Below are positions 62,472 through 64,000 of a stretch of 64,000 nt of DNA, piece after piece (the first letter of the stretch is position 1; every line of letters begins with the position of its first letter). The translations under genes were made by a program, and so were the position numbers. The DNA is from Spirochaetia bacterium (GTDB lineage: Bacteria > Spirochaetota > Spirochaetia > SZUA-6 > Bin103). The notes under the pieces are model-generated. The model made no database searches, was not told where the DNA came from, and was given only the letters and a program-made list of their open reading frames with translations. The stretch spans positions 6,400,001 through 6,464,000 of the forward strand of contig CBDBDQ010000005.1 in NCBI GenBank assembly GCA_965203905.1. Direction: 5' to 3'.

Positions 62472-63710
62472 TCAAAAAAACTCCCCAAACCACTTTCTCA
62501 TGCGGGCCCACACGCTGGTGAAACCCGCCTCGCTCGTGTTCATGTTGAGTTGTTCCACGCCCTGGCGCGAGGCGCCGTACTGCACCAGACCGACGCCGGT
62601 GGCGAAGATCGGGCTGTGGTACTCGGGCACCAGTCCCCCGAGCCGCGCCGGATAGCCGATCCGGGCCGGCAGGCCGAAGATCTCGCTCGCCAGTTCTGCA
62701 GTGCCCGGCATCAACGCGCCGCCGCCGGTCAGCACCACGCCGCCGCTGAGGCGAGCCAGGTAGCCGGCGGCTTCGATCTGGTTCTTGACGCTGCTGAGCA
62801 TCTCCGACATGCGGGGCTGGATGATCTCGGCCAGCTCGCGGCGGGTGACGATGTGAGGGGGGCGCCCGCCGACGCCGGGGATGCTGGTCTCGGCATCGGG
62901 TTCGTCCAGCGCCGGCAGGAAACAGCAGGCTGCCTCGCGCTTGATCTGCTCCGCCGCCTCGCTCGGGGTGCGCAGCATGATCGACAGGTCGCTGGTGACG
63001 TGGTCGCCCCCCAGGGCCAGCACCTCGGTGTGATACGGCACGCCCTCGTGGTATACCAGGACATCGGTGGTGCCGCCGCCGAGATCCACCAGCAACACGC
63101 CGAGTTCCTTTTCGTCGGTGGTCAGCACCGAGCGCGCGCCAGCGACCGGTTCCAGCACGATGTCGTTGACCTTGAAGCCGGCTCGGTTCACGCACCGGAT
63201 GATGTTCTGCGCCGACGAGACGGCGCCGGTAACGATGTGCACCTCGGCCTCCAGGCGCACGCCGATCATCCCCTGCGGGCTGCGGATCCCGCCCTGACCA
63301 TCGACGATGTACTCCTGCGGAATGACGTGCAGCACTTCGCGGTCCATGGGAATGACGATGGCACGGGCGGCGTCGATGACCCGATCGATGTCGTCCTTGT
63401 CTATCTCCCGCTTCTTTCCGGTAACGGCCACCACGCCGCGCGAGTTGACCCCCTCGATGTGACCGCCCGCGATACCCGCGTAGACGTTCTGCACCTCGCG
63501 GCCCGACATCATTTCCGCCTCTTCCATCGCCGAGGCGATCGCCTTCACGGTGGCGTCGATGTTGATCACCACCCCGCGCCGCAAGCCGCGCGACGGAGTG
63601 ATGCCGACACCGGTGATCTCCACGGTGCCCTGCTCTCCGATCTGGCCGATGATCACGCACACCTTGGTGGTGCCGATGTCAAGGCCGACGATCAGGTCTT
63701 CATTCGCCAT
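62472..63710 (-). CDS. ftsA: Cell division protein FtsA
   Basis: VGLDIGTTK, GVRLEA, DLGGGTTD, VLTGGG, C-terminal amphipathic helix. Confidence 0.97.
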   Translation of the reverse strand: MANEDLIVGLDIGTTKVCVIIGQIGEQGTVEITGVGITPSRGLRRGVVINIDATVKAIASAMEEAEMMSGREVQNVYAGIAGGHIEGVNSRGVVAVTGKKREIDKDDIDRVIDAARAIVIPMDREVLHVIPQEYIVDGQGGIRSPQGMIGVRLEAEVHIVTGAVSSAQNIIRCVNRAGFKVNDIVLEPVAGARSVLTTDEKELGVLLVDLGGGTTDVLVYHEGVPYHTEVLALGGDHVTSDLSIMLRTPSEAAEQIKREAACCFLPALDEPDAETSIPGVGGRPPHIVTRRELAEIIQPRMSEMLSSVKNQIEAAGYLARLSGGVVLTGGGALMPGTAELASEIFGLPARIGYPARLGGLVPEYHSPIFATGVGLVQYGASRQGVEQLNMNTSEAGFTSVWARMRKWFGEFF

Positions 63711-64000
63711 GCGAGACTCCCTGTGCCACGCGGGCGAAGCGTGGATCGTCGGATACCGCTATTGGCGTGCCGCTGCGCAGGTCCAGCTCGCCCACGGTGG
63801 GCGGCAGGTTGGCCGCGGCGCGCGACTGAATCAGGTCCAGCAGCACGAACGCCTCCGCCAGCTGATGAGCGGACAGCCGGGTCCCGAAGCGGAGCACCGT
63901 CTCGAATCCCAGCGGGTAGAGCAGCGTGTCGAAGCCGGACTGCACCGCTGCCAGGTCCAGCGGCGCGGCGGCTGCAGAGGCCCCCATCGGAACCAGGCGC
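63700..64000 (-). CDS. ftsQ: Probable FtsQ/DivIB C-terminus (partial, 5' end outside the window)
   Basis: Directly upstream of and overlapping ftsA; 'LDLRSG' motif. Confidence 0.55.
   Translation of the reverse strand, partial: RLVPMGASAAAAPLDLAAVQSGFDTLLYPLGFETVLRFGTRLSAHQLAEAFVLLDLIQSRAAANLPPTVGELDLRSGTPIAVSDDPRFARVAQGVSHGE

Overview
High-GC (about 70%) bacterial chromosome segment. Gene content and protein signatures point to a Spirochaetota (Spirochaetales-like) organism; this is inferred, not database-verified. Bases 1-15.4 kb are accessory or metabolic: a carbohydrate ABC solute-binding protein, a PhyH dioxygenase, a low-GC PtuA-like ATPase with a truncated HNH partner, mtnN, a MetE-like synthase, a vapBC pair, a PL26/YetA-like lyase, oxidoreductases and an ABC exporter. 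Bases 15.4-44 kb are mostly housekeeping: tRNA-Leu(TAA), two lnt genes, rho, HU, rpsT, tyrS, glyQS, gltX, two non-canonical EF-G paralogs, bioY, nnr, secA and two LysM-M23 peptidases. Bases 44-64 kb (minus strand) read ftsQ-ftsA-ftsZ-xerD-dprA-xerC-hslV-hslU followed by a strongly reduced flagellar cluster, fliF-fliM-fliN-fliO-fliP-fliQ-fliR-flhB-flhA-flhF-fliA. Rod, hook, stator, FliG, FliH/I/J, FliK, FliL and FlhG genes are missing from this cluster. The retained ORFs are intact but have lost flagellum-specific elements: FlhB NPTH is replaced by HGER, FlhA lacks the D2 subdomain, the FliP Met gasket reads IIV, and FliM has no CheY-binding peptide. This is the best candidate for a new system, a repurposed non-motile flagellum-derived export gate. 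The second candidate is an unassigned structured RNA of about 195 nt upstream of bioY. All calls come from reading the sequence; no searches were run.
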